DNA of 64,000 bases from Octopus sinensis (GCF_006345805.1 NC_043008.1:5952001-6016000), one strand, 5' to 3'; positions 25,396 through 37,634 are shown, counted from the first letter of the stretch. Program-made: numbers and translations. Notes: generated by a model from the letters alone, not told the origin.

Positions 25396-26801
25396 AGTCA
25401 AAGCAGAGTTAATGAGAGCAACTCATAACTGGAGGCAAGCATTGAAAGCAAGTCTGAAGATCACAACACCACACCATATCTGTACCTATTGGAAGGTGCC
25501 AATACCAAAAGCCTGTGACAGCTGGTACAGGGTAGAAAGCCTAGTCGTTGCATTTGTGGATGGCATACAAAATATCTTTGTGGCTAGTATCTCAAATAGA
25601 TGAGCTAGTCTTTTAACAGTATAAACCTATAAAACAATCCTTCATCATGACAAGAGGGAAAAAAATAATAATTTCAGATAAGTACTTACAAAGGAGAGGT
25701 GAAAACAGAAAGGAAAAGAGAGAATAATCTCCAAAAAATAAAAAAAAAAGACTCAAAATAGAATAATGAAAACAGGTGAGTCGTTTCTTCCAAACAACAA
25801 CAAAATCCTTCCTCAAGAAAGTAACAAAGGAAATGAAAAGACCAAAGATGAACTAAGCTCCACCATTCTTTAAAAGTCAAATAACAAACAAAATTACATA
25901 TCTCAGATGCAACAGACTTTCCAAAAGATTTACAATGACACAAAAACAGTTAAGTTCAGGATGTAAACAACAAGCAGATTGCCAGTAAACTTAAAATAAA
26001 GACATTACACAAAACTTACACGCAAGATGTTGGTGTTTTACAACCATAAGTCTCAAAAAAATGTTCACTGGTGCATTCGGCTGCACTTGAACACAGTTTG
26101 AAAAAGGTTAAGTGAACAGTGTTCTGTATGTTTAAATACAAATGCGTTGCATGTATATGCATACATGTGTATCCTTCTATATAATGTATCAAATGATTCG
26201 CCCCCACCCCTTTCTTTTATACTTCAAAATGATTTTTTTCCCCACCCTCCATTATACTCTCTTTGTTTGTAATCCCAAGTGAAAGTTTTGTATTCTTTGT
26301 ATCTCTTCAAACCCTGAAGAAAATAAAAGAAAGATTATCAATATTTTACTTCATTGCTCTAATCCTCGTTTTTATATCATAAAAACTACCATTGTTGTAA
26401 TTCTTATATCAGTAAAATTATATCATAAAAATTACCATTGTTATAATTTTTATATCAGCATTTCTCACACAATCATTATTGCTGTCTTTCTTTTACATTC
26501 GTTCAATGTTCCCTTTCTAGGCTTCAGCAAAACTGAATACACCACAAGTTCATATGTTGATATATAAGTGCACACAAAGGATATTACCAAACGTTACAAG
26601 TGCACTGATCATTTTTATTGCATGTTTGAAGATACTCGTCTTTCATTTATTTATTCACATTTTGCAGTTTGTTATTACCATTGTCATGCGTATGGCTAAC
26701 GACCAGTTTATCATAGTATATTTAAATCTATTTTTAAGGTTAATATTTAAAAGTGATAGATGCATCTGTACAATGTAAAAAAAACAAAACAACAGGTGTA
26801 C

Positions 26802-26995
26802 AGGCGTAGGAGTGGCTGTGTGGTAAGTAGCTTGCTTATGAACCACATGGTTCTGGGTTCAGTCCCACTGTGTGGCACCTTGGGCAAGTGTCTTCTACTA
26901 TAGCCTCAGGCCGATCAAAGCCTTGTGAGTGGATTTGGTTGACAGAAACTGAAGCTGGTCGTATATATGTATGTGAATATATATATATATATATG

Positions 26996-27042
<47 letters not shown>

Positions 27043-27205
27043 ATGTATATATATATATATATATCTGTGTGTATATATATAATATATATATATCAAATGG
27101 GGTGATTATAATCAAAATAAGCAACAAGGATATCCAAGGTAGTGTAGTACAATCGTTTCATACTACTTCATTTTATTAAACACTGTAAGTACTACATTAC
27201 CATAC

Positions 27206-27248
<43 letters not shown>

Positions 27249-27476
27249 ATATATATATGAGTGTGTGTATATGTTTGTGCATCTGTGTTTGTCCCCCCAA
27301 CATCACTTGACAATCAATGCTGGTGTGTTTACGTCCCTGTAACTTAGCAGTTCGGCAAAAGAGACTGATAGAATAAGTACTAGGCTTACAAAGAATAAGT
27401 CCTGGGGTCGACTTGCTCGACTAAAGGTGGTGCTCCAACATGGCCACAGTCAAATGACTGCAAAGAGTAAAAGAGT
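26802..27476 (+). mobile_element. SINE family A interrupted at its internal microsatellite
   Basis: 5' half 26802-26965, 3' half ~27270-27476. An unrelated ~115-bp segment (27092-27205) lies between, flanked by (TA)n. Confidence 0.8.
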
Positions 27477-28103
27477 AGATGTATCTATTTCCTGTCGACT
27501 TTGTTCCCAGTACCTATATGGGAATCTTCTGCTGTTCCCCAGGGTGAAGTACCACCAATATTATGAAACACCACTCTCTATGAAAATACAATTATTTAAA
27601 ATTTCTAATGTATTCTTGTTGGTATATTTAGTAAACTTAGTGAGTCACCATAATAAACTGCTTATCAACTAATTCTATAAGTTCAGCAAACAATTTTCTT
27701 TACACGATATTTTCTTTCCTTAATTTACCTCAAAGTAATTTTACAATAATTTCTTTATCTCGCTCCGTTAATGACCTCTTTACCATTCTCTGATAAACTG
27801 GTAAAATCCTCATCAATAACGACTATAACCGAAATTTCGCATTCCATTAATTTACCTGTTTGGTATCACTGCTACAATGAAGCAACCAATTTTATTGGAG
27901 ACATATTATAGCACCATGTGAAGAAAATTAGTATTCTTTGTTTCGTGGAGATCAGTAGCAGCATTGTTGAAGAACTAGAAACCTAAATCAATTCCAACTC
28001 CATTATTCTTTATCAATTTCAATGCATCTTTTATTTGTTTCAGTCATTAGACTGCGGCCATGCTGGGGCACTGCCTTGAAGAACTTAAATCAAATGAATC
28101 GAC

Positions 28104-28256
28104 TACAGTTCTATATTTAAGAGATGAGGAATTATGTACATTGTTTACATTTGACGGATATTTGTCCTCATCTTGTTAACACAACATTTCAGCTGATATA
28201 CCCTTCATCAGGTGTCTTGGGGCAATTTCAAACCTGGGTTCTCGTTCCTAAGGTAT
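28104..28256 (-). mobile_element. solo tail of the tRNA-head/hammerhead element (hammerhead partly deleted)
   Basis: Aligns to 38155-38310; stem II is deleted (gctgatatacccttcatcagg). Confidence 0.8.
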
Positions 28257-28668
28257 ATATATATACCAATTGATGTATGAGGTTTTGTCAGTGAACAGGT
28301 CGCGGTCTCAAAGCAACGAAAATATTTTGACAAATTAAATTTAAATGTTGAAGTGAATCTAACGGTTTTTGTGTGTTTCTTAATTGTCTTATAAACACCT
28401 TCCACGCTGCAATTGTTTTCATTCCAGCACACGATCTCAGATCAAGTCACTCATTATGCATACTACCTCTAGATCCCCTCCATTTTTGCGCCGCATTAAT
28501 TAAGGGTAAAACCACTTTTTAGCCTTGCCTATTTATTACGCTCAATAGTGTAATTGCCACACAATATCCAACACCTATATACTAATAATTGGGTATTCTA
28601 TCAGCAGTATATTGGATAGACACTATCCCTTAGTTGGTTGAATTCACAACCTCTAACTCTCTTTGAAT

Positions 28669-28709
<41 letters not shown>

Positions 28710-28775
28710 TGATAAAAATTGTAAGACAACAAAAGAATGAAAGAGACCTTGATATGTAAATAGAAGAATTTATCT

Positions 28776-28907
28776 GTAAATGTGATATGCGACAATTATT
28801 TGGTAGCCTTGATAAACTGAAGAGATGGCGGCATGGATTTCCACCCTGACATCCGAAACTCGGAGTTTTATCATGACTACCGAATAATTGTCACATATCA
28901 CATTTAC
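28776..28907 (+). ncRNA. type I hammerhead ribozyme with ~40-bp extended helix I
   Basis: Core CUGAAGA 28817-28823, stem II GAUG...CAUC(C), GAAAC 28855-28859, stem III ACU(CGG)AGU, GUU triplet. 28776-28816 pairs with 28867-28907. Confidence 0.7.
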
Positions 28908-29419
28908 TATACGCACATATAAGCACACACACCTACACATACACTCTGTTAAGCAAAGTTACTTGCCATACACCCAAAAATCGCACACGTACACACACAT
29001 ACTACAACAAAACACACACGGGACTTACACACGCACGCACACATTCCCCTTCTTCCTCCTTTTGCTACTGACCCGTGACTCGCTATGTCCACTAGCCTTC
29101 ACCCAACATACACACACATACACACAGACACACGCACTAATAAACACACACTCTGTCATCTCGCACACTGTTACTACCGCTGCTTGCCACTAGCCGTCGC
29201 CTAACATATACATACATACACACACACGCACACACTCACATACACACCCTCTTCATCTCACTCATTGTGTTTTACCTTCCTTCTTTTTCTGCTCTCCTGT
29301 CTTTGAAAACCTGTCCCCTCTCGTCTACGACTTCCGCCTTTCAGTATGTTTACCTCGTGAAGACCACTCGCGTTTTTTTTCCCTCTGTCCTCCCACCTCG
29401 GGATCTTTCTTTCTCTTAT

Positions 29420-29455
29420 GTTTCCGGCGAAGAGCTCCGCTCGAAACGTCATGCC
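29420..29455 (+). ncRNA. degenerate minimal hammerhead
   Basis: GUUU-CCGGCGA-A-GAGC(UCC)GCUC-GAAAC-GUC-AUGC. Two core substitutions and weak stem I. Confidence 0.4.
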
Positions 29456-30562
29456 CTCCTTCTTCCCTTTTTTCCTGAGCGCCTAATAATACTTTAATTG
29501 TTCCACCTCTTTGCGTTGTTGTCTTTTTTGTTTTCTTGTTTGGATTAACTTTATATATTATTTTGGTTGAGTGAATCTCTTGCTACTTTGAGTTTTGTCT
29601 TTGTCTCTGTGGGTGTACATGTTCTTCAAACAAATTATAACACCATAACTCACCTGAAGATACTATTCACCACAAGCAAAACTCAGAGACTGACTTGACC
29701 AAAATAGAACATATTTTATATTATTAATCTTCACTATGGTACCGAATACTCTTTTTCTAAATAGCCATATAAGGCCTGCTATCAAAGAGTATGTATAAAG
29801 AGAAGGTTGTTTACCGACACTTTATTATAAAAAAAAAATTGCAAAAGAACGGTTTCGTGAAGTTACTTAATACAAAGCCATAAAGGTCACTTAAGTGTTG
29901 CAAATTTCTTCACATTAATTTAATCAATTGCAGTATTTTACTCTTCATTCACACTTTTAAGAAATACATTTCCAGTCTTAATAATTTCTTTATAATTAAT
30001 AGAGACCCCCACCCCACGCCCACTGCTTTTGACTGCTTAATTGAATGTGTTGTGGAACTAACTTGTTCAATGTTTATATATATGTGAGTTTATTCTTTCT
30101 TTCAAACACTGACACCAATCTTCCAAAGCGGAATTTCCTCCTCATTTCCAAAAGATTTTTGCCCAATTTATAAACCAAATTACCTTCAGTTTTTCAGAAT
30201 ATTTCAAAACTAGAACATTAATTCAAAACCATATATAAACATAATATACATACATACATACATATCTACACACACACACACATATATATACACACACACA
30301 CATACATACATATATATATATATATATCTACACACGCATACATATATATCTACACATACATACATACATGTATATATATATCTATATCTATATGCATGTA
30401 TATATATATATATGTATGCATGTATATATATATGTATGTGTATATATATATATATATATTATATATATATATTATATATACTTTGATACTTTGATACTTT
30501 GATAGGTTCGGCCATTATTGGCCCAGGCCATGTCTAACTTAATAGCACCACCTGGTGAAGTC

Positions 30563-33500
30563 TTTCAAGTCAGAATTTGGGCACTATGGCCCACTCAAGT
30601 AGAGAGTTATTGTTTACAGAGACATATCCGGGTGTAGGGGGTTTATCCGGGATTTCTTGAAGGAATCTGTCCAAAGACTTCTTGAACCCTATAGGGTCAG
30701 TTTCTGTTTTAATGTGTTTTGGTGTAATGTTAAAGAGAGCGGGCCAATTGAGGTGAAATAATTGTGCCGTATTGTTGTTATGAGATGAGAGTGCGATTTT
30801 TGTTTTGGGCGGATGGCACGGGGCCCAAGCCTTGGATGTACCTTAAAGGTGATGCCAACATCATTTGGGCAATGCTGATGGAATATTTTCCACATCATGC
30901 AGATGATGTAGCGCTCACGACGACGTTGGAGAGAATAGAGTTTTAGCTTTTCTAGTCGACCCCAATATTCGAGGCCTGTCATGCCATCTATCTTTTTTGT
31001 GATTGCCCTTTGAGGTGCTTCAACTTTTATGATACCTTGTATTGTGTGGGGAGACCACAGTGGACAACAGTATTCAAGGTGGGGTCGGGCAAAAGTGGAG
31101 AAGAGAAGGATAATGGTGTGGATATCTCTCGACTGGAAAGTTCTGAGAATCCAGGAACACATTCTGCGGGCCATGTCAACTTTGGTGTTTATATGAGTGG
31201 CCCAGCTTACGTTGTTGTCCACAATTACTCCCAAGTCTCTGATGTTGTTGGATGCTGCGAGAGTTTCACCTGAAGGAAGGGAGTATGGGAGTTTCAGGGC
31301 ATCCTCTTTTCCAAAGTGGATTAGCTCAAATTTATCCTCGTTCAGCAGCATATTGTTTTTTTCTGCCCATTGGATAACAGCCAGTAGATCTGACTGAAGG
31401 CATGTCCGGTCACTCGCCTCATTTATGACCTTCTGTAGCTTGGAGTCATCTGCAAAGATTTTTATGTTGCTGTGCTTGATGATGTCATTAATGTCATTAA
31501 TGTAAATGATGAAAAGAAGTGGGCCCAGCACAGTGCCTTGCGGAACGCCACTACTGACTTTGGCTGGGCTTGATTTTTTCCCCTTCAACTACAACATGTT
31601 GAGATCTGTCTGTCAGGAAACACTTAATCCATTTCAGTAACTTTCCAGAGACACCAATGTTGGATATTTTTTCAATAGGATCTTGTGATCGACCCTGTCG
31701 AAGGCCTTACTGAAATCAAGGTAGATGACATCGGTGTTGGAGCCCTCTCCCAAAGCTCTCAAAATGTCCTCAAAGTGATGCAGGAGCTGCGTTAGGCAGT
31801 CCCTTCCATTACGGAACCCATGTTGGTTGGAGATCAGCCGTCTGTTGCTTTCCAGAAATTGGGTTATTCGAGATCTCACCACCCTCTCAAATACCTTGAT
31901 GATATGAGAGGTGAGTGAGATCGGACGGTAATTCACTGCAAGGGACTTGTTTCCCTTTTTGAAAACTGGGACAACAGACTGGGACAGAAGGTTTTTTGGA
32001 ATATAGCCAGCATCCAGTGAGTTTCTCCACAGATTAGCAAGGGGAGATGCAAGTTGGTGTCGACACACCTTCAGGACACAAGCAGGGAACCTATCGGGGC
32101 CTACTGTTGAATTGTGTTTTATTTCGTTTATCGCCGCTAAGACATCAGGGGCACTAAACGTTATGTCCGATATAGTGTGTTGGGGGTTGACATCACTGAT
32201 ACAGCCCAGATCGGCCATATCAGGATTGCTGAAAACAGAGCAGTATTGTTTCTGCAGTATCTCGGCCATGGATTTGGCATTATCTTGGAGAGTGCCAGTT
32301 TCGTCAATTAGAGGGCCTACAGTGGAGACAGTGACCCTGCGTTTCCTCGCAAATGAAAAGAACACTTTGGGGTTGAGTTTGATTTTTTCAATGGCCCACT
32401 TCTCCTCAGCTGATCTTTGGTTATTGATGAGGGTCTTCATGCATTGTTGGAGGTTATATTTTTTGGATTCAAGCAGTGCGATAGCCGTCGAATGTGTGTG
32501 TTGCTGTTGGCAGTACTTTAGTTTGTTAATTTTTTTGTTTGTTCTTTTTATTTTTCTGATAATGGTTTTTCTGTTTTGGGGGATTCTGCACTTTTTGTTC
32601 ACAGGTCTTGGTGGGGAGTGTTTTGCACATATGTCTGTGACGGTGTCTACAAAGATCTGCCAAGATGTTTTATGGTTGGTGGAGATGTGTGTATGTGTAA
32701 AGGACCAGTCAACATTTGATAGCTCGTTCCTGATTGCATCCCAGTTGGCTTTATGGAGATCCATGTTGTCAAATGGGTGGGCTGGAGGAAGGTCACTAGG
32801 ATTAGCTTTCGGCTGGTGGAATTTCATGTTACAGAGAACCATGTCATGGTCTGAAAGAAGGGTTTTTTCCACTGTAACGTTATGTATAGTGTTAGTGTGG
32901 TTACTAAACACTAGGTCCAAAATGTTCTGATGTCTTGTTGGTGCAAGGACAAGTTGGGACAAGAAAAACTCATTCGTAAAGTCGAAAAGTGACTCTGCTG
33001 CTTCTTGTCAGCGGTTGAGGCGGGAGTGCTTGGTTTCAAACAGTTTGTAGTCCAGTCAACACAGGGTAGATTGAAGTCTCCCATCATGAGTATGTTGCTA
33101 GAATGGCACTGTTGAATAAAGCACTTAATGCTGTTGAGGCATTCTTTAAAGCACAGTATGGGTGTTTGGGGCGGCCTATAGAGCCCAATTACTGTCAGGT
33201 CATTGGCTTTGTTGTGCACGGTGACTGATTCACAGTAGCCGTTGGAGAATATACTATTTCCATCTGCCGTAAATGAATCATGCAGGAAAATGGCAGTTCC
33301 ACCCTTCCTCCTGCCGATACGATCCGCGCGGATGGTTGTGAAATTCTTCACTCTCACTTCGGCTTCCAAGTGGGAGTTGTCAAGGTGGGTCTCAGTGAGA
33401 ATGAAGAAAGGGATGTGGTGTGAATGGTTACCAACCCAGTCTTCAATGAATTGGACCTTCCATTTTTGTGCATTGATGGAAGGGCTGACACCTTGTGCAT

Positions 33501-33585
33501 TGAGTAGGAATGTGGAGGTTAGTGTAGTGGCTGGTTTTGACTGTTGCAGGGGGCTTGGATTTTTTGTGTGTGTTAGTGGCAGCAA
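30563..33585 (-). CDS. CR1 ORF2: APE endonuclease + reverse transcriptase, ~1000 aa after repairing four 1-nt frameshifts (~32995, ~31665, ~31580, ~30742)
   Basis: EN motifs FFILTETHL, RADRIGRRKGGTAIF, GLYRPP, LMMGDFNLP. RT motifs NYRPISLTS, QHGFRNGRDCLTQL, YLDFSKAFDRVDH, SGVPQGTVLGPLLF, IFADDSKL, RPHLEYCCPLWSP. Repaired C-terminus ...RFLQEIPDKPPTPGY...AQILT*. Confidence 0.92.
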
Positions 33586-34795
33586 TGTGGGAATTGGTGC
33601 ACTGGGGTAATAGCATAGGATGGTGTTGAGTGATGGCTAGAATGTTTTTGTGTATCTCTTTTGCCATGTTCAACATGGCTAAAAAAGAATTTTCCTGCTT
33701 AGGGAGCAGTTTTTGGCTGGAGGTGTGGTTGCACTGTTGGATAGGGTTGTAGTTTCCACTTTTGTTGTTGTTGTTTTTGTGTCTTCCTGAAAAGACTGGA
33801 CCAGCATTACTGCAGCATGGTGTGTTTCTATTTTTATTGTTATTCAGTTTGTGTGTTGGCTTGAGGCCCCGTTTCTGTTTGTGCGTCGGGTCCCTGGAAG
33901 ATGAGTGAAGGGACAGTCACTCAGTAGACATGTTCTCTCACGTTGGGAATACCGGCAGATTTTGGGACTCCGAGTTGTGTGTGTTTTGAATTTCGATTTA
34001 CTATTTGGTGGTGTTGATGTTATTGTGGGATGCGTGCTTTGGCCTTGGCCGGTAGTGTGTCTAGTGCCGGGTAGATGCGTGAAGATGCAGTCACTATTTG
34101 TGCAGAGTCTCTGGCGCAGTGAATAGCGGCATATTTGGGGATTTCTTGTTTGAGCCGTGGGGGGCGCATTCTGCTTCCTATGTTCTTTAAGTTTTTGTTA
34201 CTGCAGTAGTATTGAGGTGGTGATGTGGGGGAAGAGGGCAGTGTTTCTTATTTGGTTTTCTGTTGGTATTTTTGGTGATAGAAGACGATGGTGGCAGCGG
34301 TGGTGATGATGATGATGATAATTGTGGTGGTTGCTGTGAGAGCGGTGAAAAGATACTGGCATTTAGTGAATCGTCTAGTAAGCTAGAGTTGAGGAGTGGC
34401 TGTTGTTGTTCTTGTTGCTGTGGCTGTTGTTGTTGTTGTTGTGCCTGACCGATGTCAGGGTCAGCCATTGTGCTGGGAACCAGGAGTGGCTCATTCTGTT
34501 GTTGTTGTTGTTGTGGCTGCTGATTTTCTAGCTGTTGTTGTTCTTGAACTGTGAAAATATGTAGAAGCTTTTCATAATGGCCTCTTATCAGTTTGAAAGA
34601 TACTTCGATATGTTTCAACTTGCTACGAATCTTGCACGGATCGTGTGTTGACCACTTGTGATGTTTTTTCGGCAATCTCATTCAAACACAAGACATTTAG
34701 ATTTTCTGTTTGGGAAGAGAGAGCCATGTGTTTATTAAAACATCAATTTCGTTATCAGACCAATTTCGTCTGTTGCAGGCCTGCAAGTTAGTCAT
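33443..34795 (-). CDS. CR1 ORF1, frameshifted: Myb/SANT-like N-terminus, polyQ/S-P-rich linker, two CCCH-type zinc fingers
   Basis: ATG at 34795 gives MTNLQACNRRNWSDNEIDVLINTW. Fingers CRYSLRQRLCTNSDCIFTH (34131-34075) and CRYSQRERTCLLSDCPFTH (33957-33901). About four frameshifts; exact 3' end uncertain. Confidence 0.65.
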
Positions 34796-35307
34796 GTTTG
34801 TTTTCCTTTTGATTTTTGAAAATAATATATTCTTTCTTGGGAGTTAAAGAAGTGTATATTATATAAATGTTCTCTCTTAGGGTGTGAGTTTTTGATTATT
34901 TGGTTGTTTGAGGATATTACAAGAAAACAGGTGTATATAACAATTTGTAGTTAAATGAAAACGTACTTACGGGTTTGTAGGCAAACACGTAGTTACAAAT
35001 TATATATATTTAAGGTCAGTTAGTTTTGAAGCTGTGTAGCTTGCTACTGACTTGGGAGAGAAACAAATAGACATCCGTCCACTCCAACAGTTAATCCATC
35101 ATATATATATTATTATATATATATTATATATATATAAAATCTATCTATCTATATATATATATATACATACACATACATAATATATATATACATGCATACA
35201 TATATATAATATATACATACACACATATATATAATATACATACACATATATATATACATGCATACATATATAATATATACATACACATACATATATATAT
35301 ATACATG

Positions 35308-35345
<38 letters not shown>

Positions 35346-35779
35346 GTTATCTATCTATAAGCATATATGCATCTGTATGTGTGTGAGTGTATTACCACAC
35401 ACACACACACACACATACACACCAATTGTACTGACCGCAGTCTTACATGTGTAATATAACAATTTGCTCAGTATCCTTGCAATCCATCCATTTTCTCATT
35501 CATCCATAACTCCTCTGTGGTGAGCTGTTCAGAATTTTCCTTTAGATTATATCAACTTTTCTTGTAATTTATGGTGTCTGAGCAATCAATGATTCTGAAA
35601 AGGAAATGGTTTGGAAGTGCTCCTATGACAGGCTCCTAAGTGTGAAGTATGCACAGGAGAGGCAAAGAGGAGGGGAGAGAGACTAAGAGAGCCTTCCAAA
35701 TGTGAATCTGACAGAGAGAGACCAGGGATTCTAGGTGATAAGACAAAGAAAGCTATTGGTCCATTAGGAATAACTGTTG

Positions 35780-37490
35780 TGTTGTTTTAAATATCTTGTG
35801 GATTGGGGTATGACATAGTCACCTAAGAGTAAAGGTGATATATTAGGGGGGAGATATTACAGAGGTATAAGACTGCTGGACCAGGTCTTAGTTGTTACAG
35901 AAAGAGCTACAGCACAACTGATTGCGGAGAGGGTAAGATTAGATGCGATGCAGTTTGGTTTTGTGTCAGGGTGAAGCACCACTGATGTTCTCTTTCTAAA
36001 AAGACAAATGCAAAAGAAGTATTCTACCAAAAGTAAATTGTTATACTTGGCTTTTCTTGACCTGGAGGAAGCTTTTGACATGGTCCTTTGCTCTCTGATT
36101 TGATGATTTCTTTGGAACTAATAGATGAATGGCTAATGAGTACCATCCAAGCCATGAACAAGGATTCTGTCAGCAAGGGGAGAGTTAGCAATTTAGACAG
36201 TAGGTAGGAGTTTGTCAGAGATCAACTCTCAGTCCCCTCCTATTTATCATTGTCCTCAAGGTCATAACAGAAGTTTTATACTGGTTGTCCATCAGCATTG
36301 ATGCTATTGACCTTAGTCTTATAACGGAATCTGTAGCAGAATAAGAAAAGAAATTCCAGGTGTGGAAGCAAAACCTGGAATCAAAAGGCCTTAAAGCTAA
36401 CTTAGCAAAGATAGAAATTTTATCATCAACATCATCATCGCTTAACGTCCGCTTTCCATGCTAGCATGGGTTGGACGATTTTGACTGAGGGCTGGCAAAC
36501 TAGATGACTGCACCAGGCTCCAATCTTGATTTGGCAGAGTTTCTACAGCTGGATGCCCTTCCTAATGCCAACCACTCCGAGAGTGTAGTGGGTGCTTTTT
36601 ACGTGCCACTGGTACGGGGCCAGTCAGGCGATACTGGCAATGATCTCACTTGAATCTTTTTACACATTCCACTGGCACAGGTGCCAGTAAGGCGACATTG
36701 GTAACAATCATGCTCGTTTACATATTATTCCAGAAAAATGGACTGGTTGATTGATATATGGAAATGTATGCAGTGCAGAGTATGGACACGCAAAACATGC
36801 TGGGAGATCAAAGGAAGATTAAAAGAGAAAGTAGATTTTTTGGGGAGAATATGCAGAAGCAGTAAACACTAAGAATATGTGGGAGACAGAATTTCCCACA
36901 TGGCCCAGAAGACTCTGGAAAGGTAGTAGACGATATCTGTTTACATGGGTGAGCCTAATTATCAGTGGAGGAGGATGTTCTGAAAGGATAGTCGCTAGAA
37001 TACTGGTCAAGTTAAGACAGCTGTTCCCTTACTTGTCAACAAAAGACTTCTTTTTTCATGGTGAAAGGGAAATTGTATGATACTCATGAACAAGCAGCAC
37101 CACTGTATGGTTGTGAAATGTGGGCCGTGAATGCAAAGGACAGGCAAAGACTAGAAACTCAATGAAGCTAGCATGCCTTAGTGGATATGGAAACGTCAGT
37201 GTGCTTGTAGAAGACAATGCAAATGTGTTGAGAGAAGAATTTGGTGAGGCACTGAATGTAGTGTGCAAGAGAGAAGACTGCAGGTATGAGAATTTGACGT
37301 ATATGGATGAGGGCAGTTGCATGAAGAAGTGCCAATTGCTAAAAGTGGATGAAACTTGTGGAAGTGGGAGATCTAGGAAGAGATGGAATGCAATAGTGAA
37401 GACCAACCTGAGGTTGTTGAACCTCACAATCTATTTGGCCAAGGGCCGGGATGAATAGGGATTCACTGTGTCAAAAGAAAACCCATCTAT
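35780..37490 (+). mobile_element. old degraded RTE-clade LINE (RT through C-terminus)
   Basis: Decayed peptides YYRGIRLLDQV, DAMQFGFVSG*STTD, YLAFLDLEEAFDMV, GGGCSERIVARI, LYGCEMWAVNAKDRQRLE; many stops. Confidence 0.75.
36421..36716 (-). mobile_element. younger RTE 3' end nested antisense in the old RTE
   Basis: (CAT)n-cgcttaacgtccgctttccatgctagcatggg... interrupts the old RTE frame. Confidence 0.85.
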
Positions 37491-37634
37491 TTCAACAAAA
37501 ATGAGGTCATGAAAACATGTCATTTATGTCTGTGGGCCTCACAGACAATCGGTACTTGTCAAGCCTTCCCAGTAATTCATCTTTGTAACAGCCACACTTC
37601 CCTCACACTTCTAACAGCTGCTGTAATTATATCA

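Larger units (their letters stand above)
28705..29556 (+). mobile_element. Penelope-like non-autonomous element(s) with two hammerhead motifs
   Basis: Hammerhead at 28776-28907, CA-rich spacer, second degenerate hammerhead at ~29420-29455, then cctgagcg...gtcttttttgtttt tail resembling family B. Confidence 0.55.
30478..35099 (-). mobile_element. full-length CR1-clade non-LTR retrotransposon (~4.6 kb)
   Basis: 5'UTR, ORF1, ORF2 (APE + RT), short 3'UTR and a three-copy 8-bp tail (TATCAAAG)3. Microsatellite on both flanks. Confidence 0.95.

Noticed and set aside
32112-32930. 272-aa plus-strand ORF, and 30764-31397 and 33242-33610 plus-strand ORFs
   Set aside because: Antisense shadows of CR1 ORF2 with no recognisable motifs.
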